DNA from: an uncultured bacterium
GTDB lineage: Bacteria > Patescibacteriota > Microgenomatia > Levybacterales > UBA12049
Direction: 5' to 3'
DNA: 64,000 nucleotides
NCBI GenBank assembly: GCA_963826535.1
Contig: CAWGXL010000010.1
Coordinates: forward strand, 42,814 to 106,813
Part shown: positions 48,798 through 58,425 of the stretch, piece by piece
How positions within the stretch are numbered: position 1 is the stretch's first letter
Layout of the letters: each line of letters opens with the position of its first letter
The notes under the pieces: generated by a model
The model's input: the letters and a program-made list of their open reading frames with translations, nothing else
The model's database searches: none
What the model was told of the DNA's origin: nothing
Position numbers and translations under genes: made by a program

Positions 48798-49852
48798 ATC
48801 AGGCCGTTAAACCAATAAATTTTGGAACAGGCATATATTTACCGGAACTAGTTCTCGATAATGCGGAGCTTGAGCGTAGAAAGATAATTCTCCGCAGCGG
48901 AAACCAACTGCGCGCCACACAAATCCTCGCAAAAATAGGTGTTGAGAGACGCCATATTGCACCCGACAATCAAACAGTAGCCGATATGGGCTACTTAGCC
49001 GCCAATGAAGCATTGTCAGATAATAAAAAAATAGATCTGGTTATGGCCTCTTCAAGTCATCCTACTTCCTATCATGTGGCAGGTAGTATCGCGAAGCGCT
49101 TAAATTTAAACAAACCAGCGGTTTTGGATATTCATGCAGCTTGTTCCGGTTCCGCGCTTATGTTCGCCTATATTTTAGAAAAGCAAAAAGAGTTACAAGG
49201 TAAAAGGGTCATATTAGTGGCAACTGAAAAATTTAGTACGTCTGTTGTTAATTTATCACATCCCAATGCCTTGAGCCTTGATTCATCTCTTGGCCAAACT
49301 ATTTTCGGTGACGGCGCCGCGGCAGTACAATTCATAGTAGGAAAGGATATAATAATTCATCATGCAATTAACAAAGCCCTTCCTGATTTGAGCGGTATAA
49401 CAGACTTGATTTTAATGGCAATGGGTGAAAATAAATTTATCGAACCATGCTTAGTCTATCCAGTAGCTGTTTCCCCCTTAAACGAAGACTTTAAACTTGG
49501 CTATTTTACTCAGAACGGTCCCCGGGTTTTTGAGGATGTCCAAAACTCTATTCCCGTATTTATACGCGAAGCAGTGCAAGAAGCAGGATTTAAACCCAAA
49601 GACATTGATTTAGTCGTTCTGCACCCGGGCAGCAAGCGATTAGTCGAAGCTTTGAGAGAGCGTCTCGCGCCCGAATTCCAAGTATATTCCGATTACGCAG
49701 ACGCAAACATGTCCTCAGTTTCCTTATTATATTCTTTTATCAAGGCCTTGCGTGATAACCGTATCGGACGAGGAAGCAAAATAGTCCTAGCCGGCTTCGG
49801 CGCCGGCAGCCCGGATCTATATTCCTCTACTGTGGTAATTGAATTAAAGTAA
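48794..49852 (+). CDS. fabH: 3-oxoacyl-ACP synthase III-like
   Basis: AACSG (Cys), FGDGAAA, LHPGS (His), ANMSS (Asn), AGFGAG. Confidence 0.85.
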   Translation: MNQAVKPINFGTGIYLPELVLDNAELERRKIILRSGNQLRATQILAKIGVERRHIAPDNQTVADMGYLAANEALSDNKKIDLVMASSSHPTSYHVAGSIAKRLNLNKPAVLDIHAACSGSALMFAYILEKQKELQGKRVILVATEKFSTSVVNLSHPNALSLDSSLGQTIFGDGAAAVQFIVGKDIIIHHAINKALPDLSGITDLILMAMGENKFIEPCLVYPVAVSPLNEDFKLGYFTQNGPRVFEDVQNSIPVFIREAVQEAGFKPKDIDLVVLHPGSKRLVEALRERLAPEFQVYSDYADANMSSVSLLYSFIKALRDNRIGRGSKIVLAGFGAGSPDLYSSTVVIELK

Positions 49853-49866
49853 TATTTTGCTATTAT

Positions 49867-50292
49867 CTAATTGGTTTGTTTCTCGAGTTTTTTTAAACGC
49901 TTCTCGTGATTGTCTATTCGCGTTTCTATTTCTTTTTTCTCATGTTTCTCAAACAATCTATCCTCGCGTAGCTGAGCTAACTCTCCAACAACTTGATCCA
50001 TTTTAGTAAGTATTTCATCACGGTACCCTCGTGCCTTATCATCAATATCCATTTTTGTTTTTTCCAGCATCATCTCCACTTTTATAGTAGTTGGATAATT
50101 GCTTAGCTCCTTTTTAAGGTCATCCTTTGTTGGATAATTGCTCAACTCTTTCTTAAGGTCATCTTTAGTTGGGTAATTACTTAGTGTCTTCTTAAGATCG
50201 TCTTTAGTAGCATATTTGGCTAATTCTTTCTTAAGTTCTTCACGAAGAATGCTTTTTGTAACAACAGGATCGTTAGTTGTAATTTGTTTCAT
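49867..50292 (-). CDS. Coiled-coil protein with 13-aa tandem repeats (YPTKDDLKKELSN)
   Basis: 39-bp tandem units at ~50088-50240; likely start MKQITTND. Confidence 0.7.
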   Translation of the reverse strand: MKQITTNDPVVTKSILREELKKELAKYATKDDLKKTLSNYPTKDDLKKELSNYPTKDDLKKELSNYPTTIKVEMMLEKTKMDIDDKARGYRDEILTKMDQVVGELAQLREDRLFEKHEKKEIETRIDNHEKRLKKLEKQTN

Positions 50293-50469
50293 AACAAAAA
50301 GTATAATAAGTTGAGAGAGAAAAAACAATAGAACAAACTATAACAATACTAGCTTCACTCCGCCCGTCACTGTTTACGGTATTGTCACACATTGTCTGAC
50401 TAAGCATTGAAAACGATTTACTCTGATTTGAAATTATAATATTTATTTGCTTTATGTTAAAATAATGCA

Positions 50470-52122
50470 GTGATAAAACCACTTTCAAAGAGTACTGTTG
50501 TTGTCACCGGCGGCAGCCGTGATATTGGCGGAGGGATTGTACTTGAACTTGCAAAAGCAGGTGCTAAAGTAGAGGCAGTTTTCCGCTCACATGAACAACG
50601 GGCGCAAAAAATTGCGGGTGTTGCTAAAAAATCCGGGCAGGAAATCATTTTAGTTCAGGCAGATTTGACTACGGATTCCGGACGCGAAACTGTATTTAAT
50701 AGTTGGAATGAGAAATTCGGAAACAATATTGATATTTTGGTTCTCTGTGCATCTGGTGCGACAATGGAAATCAATGTTGATGCGAATATGGCGCTCATAG
50801 ATAAATTTCTCGCCCTAAGAAAAGAGCGAATAAAAAATGGTGAAACTTTATCAACTGGCACAATTATTTTCCTTCAAAGCGAACCCGGGCATTATCACCG
50901 TGTCATTGACGGTGTTTTTGATTTTCTTGAATATTATCGCACAAAAGTAGGACCTGCCAAACGGGCAGGAGAAGACGCGTTTAAGCAGAGGCACGCGGCT
51001 ATGGACGAGGTAAATGTGCGCGGGATTGTCGTCTGTCCACCTGAAGTAACAGACACATTTAATATGAAATTATTTGAGCTCCAAAATAAAGAAGCAAGAG
51101 AAAAAAGCCGCGAATTGTCAGCTATGCTCGGAACCCAATCTTTCGTTACCATTGCGACTGTTGCAATGACTGTAAAAGAAATTATACAAGACGCGGGTAT
51201 GCAAAACGGAAGTATTAAATTGTTTGGAAATGTCACAGACGGTCTTACAGCTCTTAGCTCAATTTATGGTGATGAAGCAATTTATGTGCACACATTTGAG
51301 AAAGTGGGTGAGCATAAAGGAGAAGGTCGTGTAATTGTCAATCCAAAACTTTGGAAACGGGATAAAGAACCCTCGTTCGCCGGAGAAATTAAAAGCAAGA
51401 CAAGTGACCAAATTATTTCATCTCTTACATTATCAAAAGATCATATGAAGGGACATTTCCGTTCAGATATTGTCTCTCTTTTTCCAGGACACAAATCAAT
51501 TCGCACAGCAGCTATCACGCTTGGCCGGTTTTTAACAACAGACGCAGAGTTTGATCCAAAGCAAATATATTTAACCCAATATAAATCAGTAAAATTCCGT
51601 AGCCCCGTACTGCCGGGACAAACACTCACCTCCAAAGTTACTTTAGCGGAGAAGTCAGACGTTGAGGTAACAGGAGACGCTGTTCAGGAAAATATTGATA
51701 AAGAAAGTATGGATATCCGTGGAATGGTTGTTAAGCGCGTATTAAATAAGGAGGATGAAAGCGTTCTACTATTAGATCAATTGGTTGAATCAGCAGCACA
51801 AACCGTTGGCATGTATTTATTAGTGAGCTTGCAAAATGAACAAGTTCTCCCTCTTTTTCATAGCACAGGCAATGCTGAGCTTATTAAGAATGTGCAGCCC
51901 GGAGATAATCTACTTATAAAAGCTAATAATGTAAAAATATCAAAAATGGGTTCAATGAACGTATTCTCAACAGATTTGGAAATAACCAGAGCAATTATTG
52001 GTGTTGTTTCTGAAAAAAATGAGAAAGTTCAGAAAGTCGTTAGGGAAGAACTGATAGCTACAATTAAGAGCCTTCAGGGATTACTACTGCCAAAAGAAGA
52101 AGCGCTTAAAAAATTGACTTAA
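50470..52122 (+). CDS. SDR reductase fused to a double hot-dog (FabZ-like) dehydratase
   Basis: VVVTGGSRDIGGG Rossmann fold; HMKGHF....FPG and VKFRSPVLPG FabZ motifs; second hot-dog LDQLVESAAQ, VQPGD. Confidence 0.75.
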   Translation: MIKPLSKSTVVVTGGSRDIGGGIVLELAKAGAKVEAVFRSHEQRAQKIAGVAKKSGQEIILVQADLTTDSGRETVFNSWNEKFGNNIDILVLCASGATMEINVDANMALIDKFLALRKERIKNGETLSTGTIIFLQSEPGHYHRVIDGVFDFLEYYRTKVGPAKRAGEDAFKQRHAAMDEVNVRGIVVCPPEVTDTFNMKLFELQNKEAREKSRELSAMLGTQSFVTIATVAMTVKEIIQDAGMQNGSIKLFGNVTDGLTALSSIYGDEAIYVHTFEKVGEHKGEGRVIVNPKLWKRDKEPSFAGEIKSKTSDQIISSLTLSKDHMKGHFRSDIVSLFPGHKSIRTAAITLGRFLTTDAEFDPKQIYLTQYKSVKFRSPVLPGQTLTSKVTLAEKSDVEVTGDAVQENIDKESMDIRGMVVKRVLNKEDESVLLLDQLVESAAQTVGMYLLVSLQNEQVLPLFHSTGNAELIKNVQPGDNLLIKANNVKISKMGSMNVFSTDLEITRAIIGVVSEKNEKVQKVVREELIATIKSLQGLLLPKEEALKKLT

Positions 52123-52124
52123 AA

Positions 52125-53633
52125 ATGAAGAGAATAATACCCTCCACCATGGCATCTCAACACCCCGATCATGCGAACATTCCCTACTGGCACAACAAAG
52201 AATTCATCACCGCCCAACACGAACACAAAGAATGTTACCTCATGTATTCAGATTTGGGAATCCAGGAATACAAATGGGATTGGGAAGGAAAAATTGTAGA
52301 TGAATCCATTATGGAAAGATTACTAAGTCTTTATTATGATTATTTTAGAGCTAATCCGCTTGGAAAAGAAAAATTTCTCACTTTTAGATTGCCTAATCCT
52401 AAAGCTGAGACAGAATTCCGCCTGGCTCGGGCTTTCATGGGAATTCTAAGCGCTGCGTCCTTGACCAAGCAAGTCGGCTTGCACACTCCACCCCTATTTG
52501 AAGTAATTCTGCCCATGACCGAAAGCGCCGCTGAAATGATTGCGATCCAAGAGGCATTCCAGGAAATCACACAGCTAAAACACGAACTTTACCGCTTTGA
52601 AACCAATACATTAAAAAACATAGAAGTAATTCCACTCTTCGAACAAGTGTCAACCATAATTAACTCCGATCAAATACTTAAAGACTATGTAGCTATGCAT
52701 ATCCAAAAATTCAAAAAAGTACCTGCATATTTACGGCCATACGTTGCCCGTTCTGACCCGACATTAAATTCGAGCTTAGTTCCCACAGTCCTCGCGATAA
52801 AAATAGCATTATCGCGCTACAAACTATTTACCCAAGAGTCAGGAATCCCGCTATACCCAATCATTGGCTCAGCCTCACTTCCATTTCGCGGAGGACTGAC
52901 TCCGCATACTGTTAATCAATTTATTAAAGAATATCAAGGCATAAAAACCGCCTTAATTCAAAGCGCGTTCCGTTATGATTACGACAAATTAGATGTTAAG
53001 AAGGCAATAAAAACTCTAAATAATTCACTCCCGGCTGGCCTTGCTGCCGAGATAACAACGAAGGAAGAAAAAGACCTGATATCGATTATTTCTTTCTTTG
53101 AACTTCCATATAAAAAAGTTATTGAAGAAATAGCCCCCATAATCAATAAAATCGCATCATCGCTTCCCCCAAGGCGAGAAAGAGTCCAGCACACCGGCTT
53201 ATTTGGTTATTCCAGAGGCATGGGGAAAGTAACACTCCCGCGGGCGATCTCGTTTACAGGATCCCTATATTCAATCGGCATCCCTCCGGAGTTAATCGGT
53301 ACCGGACACGGAATTAAAAAAACTATAGAGGCAGGCAAAATAGATCTCTTGGAAAAATTCTATATTAATTTAAAACAAGATCTAATCACCTCAGGTAAGT
53401 TCCTCAACAAAAAATTACTAAAAACACTCGCTATTCAATATCCTATATTTAAAGATGTCATTGATGACATAAAATATATAGAAGAGTACCTCGGAACCGA
53501 ATTAGGCCCGGAAAGCCCCGAAGAAAAAGAACATTCCAAACTCACGGAAAAAATATATAAAGGCTTCACACAAGACAATATCCCCCAAGATATTCTAACC
53601 CGCGCAGCAGTTCTCCGAAAAAGCATGGGTTAG
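52125..53633 (+). CDS. ppcA: Phosphoenolpyruvate carboxylase, archaeal type
   Basis: IPSTMASQHPD, WDWEGK, FEVILPMT, VIPLFE, ARSDP, PFRGGL, QSAFRYD, LPRAI. Confidence 0.92.
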   Translation: MKRIIPSTMASQHPDHANIPYWHNKEFITAQHEHKECYLMYSDLGIQEYKWDWEGKIVDESIMERLLSLYYDYFRANPLGKEKFLTFRLPNPKAETEFRLARAFMGILSAASLTKQVGLHTPPLFEVILPMTESAAEMIAIQEAFQEITQLKHELYRFETNTLKNIEVIPLFEQVSTIINSDQILKDYVAMHIQKFKKVPAYLRPYVARSDPTLNSSLVPTVLAIKIALSRYKLFTQESGIPLYPIIGSASLPFRGGLTPHTVNQFIKEYQGIKTALIQSAFRYDYDKLDVKKAIKTLNNSLPAGLAAEITTKEEKDLISIISFFELPYKKVIEEIAPIINKIASSLPPRRERVQHTGLFGYSRGMGKVTLPRAISFTGSLYSIGIPPELIGTGHGIKKTIEAGKIDLLEKFYINLKQDLITSGKFLNKKLLKTLAIQYPIFKDVIDDIKYIEEYLGTELGPESPEEKEHSKLTEKIYKGFTQDNIPQDILTRAAVLRKSMG

Positions 53634-53707
53634 AAATATCCAGAAATTTCTTACCCTTATAGAGTCTCAATATTGCTTGCTAAGAGTAGGGTGTGTATAA
53701 TAACACT

Positions 53708-53959
53708 ATGATTAAACGTAAGGTTCTGCAATATACAGTTTTTTATACACCTGAACCAGAGGGAGGATTTACAGTTACTGTTCCATTCCTCCCCGGGTGT
53801 GTTACTTATGGGAAAAACTTGCAGGATGCAAAAAAAATGGCTGAAGATGCAATTCAACTTTATGTTAAAAGTTTACAAAAACACAATGAGCCAATTCCCA
53901 CAGAAGAAAATTCCTTCATCAGCTCTGTGAATTTGGAGACCCCTGCAACGCATGCCTAA
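53708..53959 (+). CDS. hicB: HicB-family antitoxin
   Basis: EGGFTVTVP.LPGCVTYG.NL.DA..MAEDAI. Confidence 0.88.
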   Translation: MIKRKVLQYTVFYTPEPEGGFTVTVPFLPGCVTYGKNLQDAKKMAEDAIQLYVKSLQKHNEPIPTEENSFISSVNLETPATHA

Positions 53960-54167
53960 AACATACAAACCAAAAGAAGTTTTGAGGAAGTATAAAAAGC
54001 TCGGGTTCGAGGAGGATAGACAAAGCGGAAGCCATAAAATTTTGTATCATCCAACTACTAAGAAAAGGGCGGTTATTCCACATCATCTAAAAGAAATTGC
54101 CAAAGGAACATTGTCTGCAATTCTACGTGAATCGCAGGTTTCAAGAGAAGAATTCGAAAATGCGTGA
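53952..54167 (+). CDS. hicA: HicA-family toxin
   Basis: RQSGSH, VIPHH..EI.KGTL.AIL. Confidence 0.88.
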   Translation: MPKTYKPKEVLRKYKKLGFEEDRQSGSHKILYHPTTKKRAVIPHHLKEIAKGTLSAILRESQVSREEFENA

Positions 54168-54192
54168 GGTAATCTAATGTTCTTATAAATAA

Positions 54193-55491
54193 TTAGACAC
54201 TTGTTTTTGAACTAAAAGGCTTTTTTCCGGCAAAACTCGCTTTGTCTCCCAATAGTTCCTCTATCCGAAGCAGCTCATTGTATTTACAATTTCTCTCTGA
54301 TCGCGAAAGTGAACCTGTTTTAATTTGTCCTGACGACAATCCGACAGCTAAATGAGCAATAGTCGTATCCTCAGTTTCGCCGGAGCGGTGGGAAATTACA
54401 GTATTCCAGCCAAATCTTTGCGCCATTTCGCAAGCCTTCATAGTCTCCGTCAAAGTGCCAATTTGATTCGGCTTGATAAGAATTGCGTTTGCAGCTTTTA
54501 GCCCGATGGCTTTATCTAAAAATTTAATATTAGTCACCAACAAATCATCCCCGACAATCTGTTTTTCTTTTCCTAATTTTGCAGTCAACAATTCCCAACC
54601 CTTCCAGTCGTTCTGATCAAGAGGATCTTCAAGCGAAAGAATCGGAAATTTCTGTGTTAATTGAATTATCCAATCAACCATTTCTTCAGACGTAAGTTTT
54701 TTTCCGTCTTTTTTTAGAATATAATGTGTTCCGTCAAAAAATTCAGACGCAGCGGCATCAATCCCCAGAACAATATCTTTCCCCAATGAATATCCGGCTT
54801 TTTCAACTCCCTGCGCAATTAATTCAAATGCTTCTAAATTACCTCCTTTTACCTTTGGAGCAAACCCACCTTCATCTCCCACAGTTGTCTCATACCCTTT
54901 TTCATTAATAATTTTTCCTAGAAAATGAAAAACTTCCGCGCCCATTCGCACAGCATCAGAGAATGAGCTAGCACCTACCGGAAGTATCATATACTCCTGA
55001 ATATCTGTCGAAAAATTAGCATGTTTTCCCCCATTTATAATATTCATCATAGGAAGTGGAAGTATATAAGAAGATTTTTCATTTATCCCGGCTATATAGT
55101 CAAAAAGAGGTTTACCCATAACATTTGCACTTGCTTTAGCGACTGCAAGCGACACAGACAGGATAGCATTCGCGCCCAATTTTCCCTTATTTTCCGTACC
55201 ATCCAAATCAATCATTGCCTGATCTATCTTCTCTTGATCCTGTGCATCCAAACCAACCACTGCTTTGGTAATCGGGGCATTAACATTATCAACTGCCTTC
55301 ATAACACCCTGGCCGAGATATTTTTTCGGATCACCATCTCGCAGCTCAACTGCCTCATTTACTCCTGTAGATGCTCCTGATGGGACAGCAGCTCGCCCAA
55401 TAACACCATTCTCAAGCTCCACATCGCATTCAACCGTAGGATTCCCCCGTGAATCCAGTATCTGTCTCGCATGTATTTTTTTTATTATCAT
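54193..55491 (-). CDS. eno: Enolase
   Basis: [41 protein letters not shown]. Confidence 0.98.
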   Translation of the reverse strand: MIIKKIHARQILDSRGNPTVECDVELENGVIGRAAVPSGASTGVNEAVELRDGDPKKYLGQGVMKAVDNVNAPITKAVVGLDAQDQEKIDQAMIDLDGTENKGKLGANAILSVSLAVAKASANVMGKPLFDYIAGINEKSSYILPLPMMNIINGGKHANFSTDIQEYMILPVGASSFSDAVRMGAEVFHFLGKIINEKGYETTVGDEGGFAPKVKGGNLEAFELIAQGVEKAGYSLGKDIVLGIDAAASEFFDGTHYILKKDGKKLTSEEMVDWIIQLTQKFPILSLEDPLDQNDWKGWELLTAKLGKEKQIVGDDLLVTNIKFLDKAIGLKAANAILIKPNQIGTLTETMKACEMAQRFGWNTVISHRSGETEDTTIAHLAVGLSSGQIKTGSLSRSERNCKYNELLRIEELLGDKASFAGKKPFSSKTSV

Positions 55492-55778
55492 AAAAAGGAA
55501 AAGATAATTACAATTATTAATATAAAAATAAGTATATTAGAAATGCCTGCAAATAACCCAAAGTTGGACAATAGCCATATAACAAGGAGGATGATCGCCA
55601 AAGTACGAAAAATTCCGGGAAGAAAACCAATTACCCACACAATAAGTATTAAGATAAGGAGATTATATAAAGTAAACGGATGATTTAATATTGAAAAAAG
55701 CGAATAATTCAAAAACGGAATTTGAATAAAACCCAATAACCAAAAAATTATAAAGAGTACCAGGATCAACTGAACCAT
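55488..55778 (-). CDS. Small hydrophobic membrane protein
   Basis: 96 aa, almost entirely TM; ATGA overlap with eno. Confidence 0.65.
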   Translation of the reverse strand: MVQLILVLFIIFWLLGFIQIPFLNYSLFSILNHPFTLYNLLILILIVWVIGFLPGIFRTLAIILLVIWLLSNFGLFAGISNILIFILIIVIIFSFL

Positions 55779-55854
55779 ATTATATATTTATTGTGGCAAC
55801 TTTTCATAAAAAAATCAAATCGCTCTGATAAAATAATACATGTTACGAAATACT

Positions 55855-55988
55855 TGTCATTCCGAGCGGAGCGATAGCGGAGTCGAGGCGACTCCACGAA
55901 GTGGATAGTGCCCTTGTGGTGAATCTCATACCACTGATATTTAAACATAAGATCCCTCCACTCGTCTGCGGACTCGGTCGGGATGACA
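55855..55988 (+). repeat. Palindromic element family A, copy 4, with a 33-bp nested insertion
   Basis: TGTCATTCCGAGCG...GTCGAGG[cgactccacgaagtggatagtgcccttgtggtg]AATCTCATACCAC...GATCCCTCCACT...CGGTCGGGATGACA. Confidence 0.9.
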
Positions 55989-56018
55989 GTGAGTAATATG
56001 AGATAATAAAAATCTATT

Positions 56019-56819
56019 ATGAGAAATAGACCAATTGGCATATTAGATTCCGGAATCGGAGGATTAACTGTTTTAAAAGAAATAGCCAAAGAATTACCAC
56101 AAGAATCTCTTATCTATATAGGCGATTCCCTAAATACACCATACGGAAACCGCTCCTCAGTAGAAATTTACAATCTCTCCAAAAAACTAGTTAATTTTTT
56201 GTTACAAAAAAAAGTAAAATTGATTGTTGTTGCCTGTAATACAATTACAGTAAATAGTATTAATGCCTTGAGAGCTGACTTTCCGGACATCCCATTTGTC
56301 GGCACTGTTCCGGTAGTTAAAACTGCCGCAGCCGTGACTAAAAATAAGAAGATTGGCATACTCTCTACCACACAAACAGCAACAAGCGAATATCAAAAAA
56401 AATTGATAAAAACATTTACAAATGGACATAAAGTCATAAATCTCGGAACTGACAAGCTAGTTCCACTTATCGAACAAGGAGAATTAACAGGCAAGAATAT
56501 TGAGGTAGAATTACTCAAAATATTATCAATATTTAAACAAGAAGATATTGATACTATCGCGCTTGGCTGCACGCATTTTGCATTTTTAAGAACACGGATA
56601 AAGCGAATATTAGGACCCAAGGTGCAAATACTTGACTCAGGTCCCGCAATAGCCAGACAAGTAAGACGAATTCTTCAAAATAACGAGGCTCTCAGCGCAA
56701 CAAAAAGTCCTGTCCATTCATTCTATATCACCAGTAATCCTGAATCTGCTCAAAAAACAGCTGCTCGATTCTTTGAAAATAAATTCCCCGGCAAACTCAA
56801 AAAAATAAAGCTAAGCTGA
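56019..56819 (+). CDS. murI: Glutamate racemase
   Basis: DSGIGGLTV, PYG, VACNT, LGCTHF. Confidence 0.95.
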   Translation: MRNRPIGILDSGIGGLTVLKEIAKELPQESLIYIGDSLNTPYGNRSSVEIYNLSKKLVNFLLQKKVKLIVVACNTITVNSINALRADFPDIPFVGTVPVVKTAAAVTKNKKIGILSTTQTATSEYQKKLIKTFTNGHKVINLGTDKLVPLIEQGELTGKNIEVELLKILSIFKQEDIDTIALGCTHFAFLRTRIKRILGPKVQILDSGPAIARQVRRILQNNEALSATKSPVHSFYITSNPESAQKTAARFFENKFPGKLKKIKLS

Positions 56820-56834
56820 AGCATAAATAAAGAC

Positions 56835-56879
56835 CTATAGGTTATTGATATAGCCAATAATTATGGTATAATACCGTAT
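56835..56879 (+). promoter_or_regulatory. Conserved promoter module, copy 3 (leaderless)
   Basis: CTATAGGTTATTGATA-N16-TATAAT-ACCGTAT-ATG. Confidence 0.68.
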
Positions 56880-57368
56880 ATGCGCAGAGCTGAACAAGGC
56901 GGTACTCCTACTAGCCAAGACATATTTCAAAGTCCTTTGCGAAGGCGTATTCGACGCACACTTGCGGTAGTAGGTACCTTATCGGTATTAGGAGGGTGGG
57001 GGAGTGGAGCTTATACTGATTATATGAGTGGTGAAAAACAAGACGATATAAATCTAAAATACCCTAAACAAAGTGAGAAAATACTGATTTCTGCTCAAGT
57101 TACACTAGCCACGCACGTTAAGAAGGAATGTAAGGAGACAGTTGAGCCGAAATATAAAACAATAGTAGAAAACGCTCGAAACGTAATAGAACAAGAAAAA
57201 ACCAATAGGGACCAAAGAAACCATGAACTCGCCAAACTTTACGAAAGTAAGCCTGCTAGCCCTCTTGTAATTACTATATTTGGCATAGCAATGCTAGGAT
57301 TAGCAGGAATAGTTAGCAGGAAGGAGAATAACCTTACACATCTAAATCAACTAAGGCCACCCAAGTAG
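56880..57368 (+). CDS. Orphan two-TM membrane protein (shared-promoter family)
   Basis: RRRIRR then TM helix, helical middle, C-terminal TM helix. Confidence 0.65.
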   Translation: MRRAEQGGTPTSQDIFQSPLRRRIRRTLAVVGTLSVLGGWGSGAYTDYMSGEKQDDINLKYPKQSEKILISAQVTLATHVKKECKETVEPKYKTIVENARNVIEQEKTNRDQRNHELAKLYESKPASPLVITIFGIAMLGLAGIVSRKENNLTHLNQLRPPK

Positions 57369-57447
57369 CCCTCTCTTTTAGCTTATTCGCTCAGTATTGA
57401 CAACAAGTTGAACCGCATGTAATACTGAACCATTACAAAACAAATCT

Positions 57448-58392
57448 ATGCCTCAGCAAATAAATAAATCAGCATTTCTTTTTCCCGGACAGGGATTATT
57501 GCCACATGATGTAATCGAATATTATTCCTTTCTTAAAACCAAAGACAAACTTAAAACCGAAAAATTTATTTCTACCCTCCAAACCAGTCTCGATGAAATT
57601 AACCTACAAGCCATGTTTAATGTAATTAAAATTTTAGAAAAAGAAACGGCATTGCAATGGAACCGGACCGATTTTGTACAGCCATTAACTTATACACTTA
57701 GTATTCTCACATACGAGTTGATGCGAGATAAGGGACAAAGCGACCCAAGTTACATGCTCGGACACAGCCTGGGCGCATTTTCAGCCCTTACAGCTGCAGG
57801 TTCGCTTCCATTTGAACGGGGATGCCGGATCGTTGCCGCCCGGGGCAAATTTATGCAAGAAGAAAGTGAGATGACCAATGAGGGTATGATCGCTGTTATC
57901 GGATTGACAGAAGATAAAATCAAAAATTTAAGTGAAAAAACCAAATCCGCAATAGCATTGATAAACGGCCCAACAGCCTTTGTCTTAGGCGCCCCAAGAG
58001 ATAGTTTCTCCCAAATTGAACAAGAAGCGGTACTTTTGGGAGCAAGTAAAACAATCCGTCTGGCTACATCCGGAGCTTTTCATACAGATGCAATGCTAGG
58101 AGCCTATAAAAAATTCAAAGGGTTTTTAGAACAAGACAAACTCCAAAAACCCCGTGTACCCGTTGTGGTCAATATGAAAGGCACTGCCTCTCTAGATCCC
58201 GACGAACTGAAGAACGACATTATTGAAAGCATAATAAATCCTATCAACTGGACGCGCATGATGGACTTTTTGAAAAGCAACTCTGTGGATTCATATATTG
58301 AAGTAGGTCCGGGAACCTCTTTAACCTCTTTGAGCCGGATAAACGGTGTCGAACGGGATAGAATATCACATGCGAGAACTATACTTGAATAA
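57448..58392 (+). CDS. fabD: Malonyl-CoA:ACP transacylase
   Basis: FLFPGQG, VQP, GHSLG, ARG..MQ, SGAFHT, EVGPG. Confidence 0.92.
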   Translation: MPQQINKSAFLFPGQGLLPHDVIEYYSFLKTKDKLKTEKFISTLQTSLDEINLQAMFNVIKILEKETALQWNRTDFVQPLTYTLSILTYELMRDKGQSDPSYMLGHSLGAFSALTAAGSLPFERGCRIVAARGKFMQEESEMTNEGMIAVIGLTEDKIKNLSEKTKSAIALINGPTAFVLGAPRDSFSQIEQEAVLLGASKTIRLATSGAFHTDAMLGAYKKFKGFLEQDKLQKPRVPVVVNMKGTASLDPDELKNDIIESIINPINWTRMMDFLKSNSVDSYIEVGPGTSLTSLSRINGVERDRISHARTILE

Positions 58393-58425
58393 GATATTCT
58401 AGTATGTTAGCATGAGTCACACAAT

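Noticed and set aside
11786-55988. Family A repeats as a CRISPR array
   Set aside because: The copies are dispersed over tens of kb rather than regularly spaced, and there are no cas genes in the window
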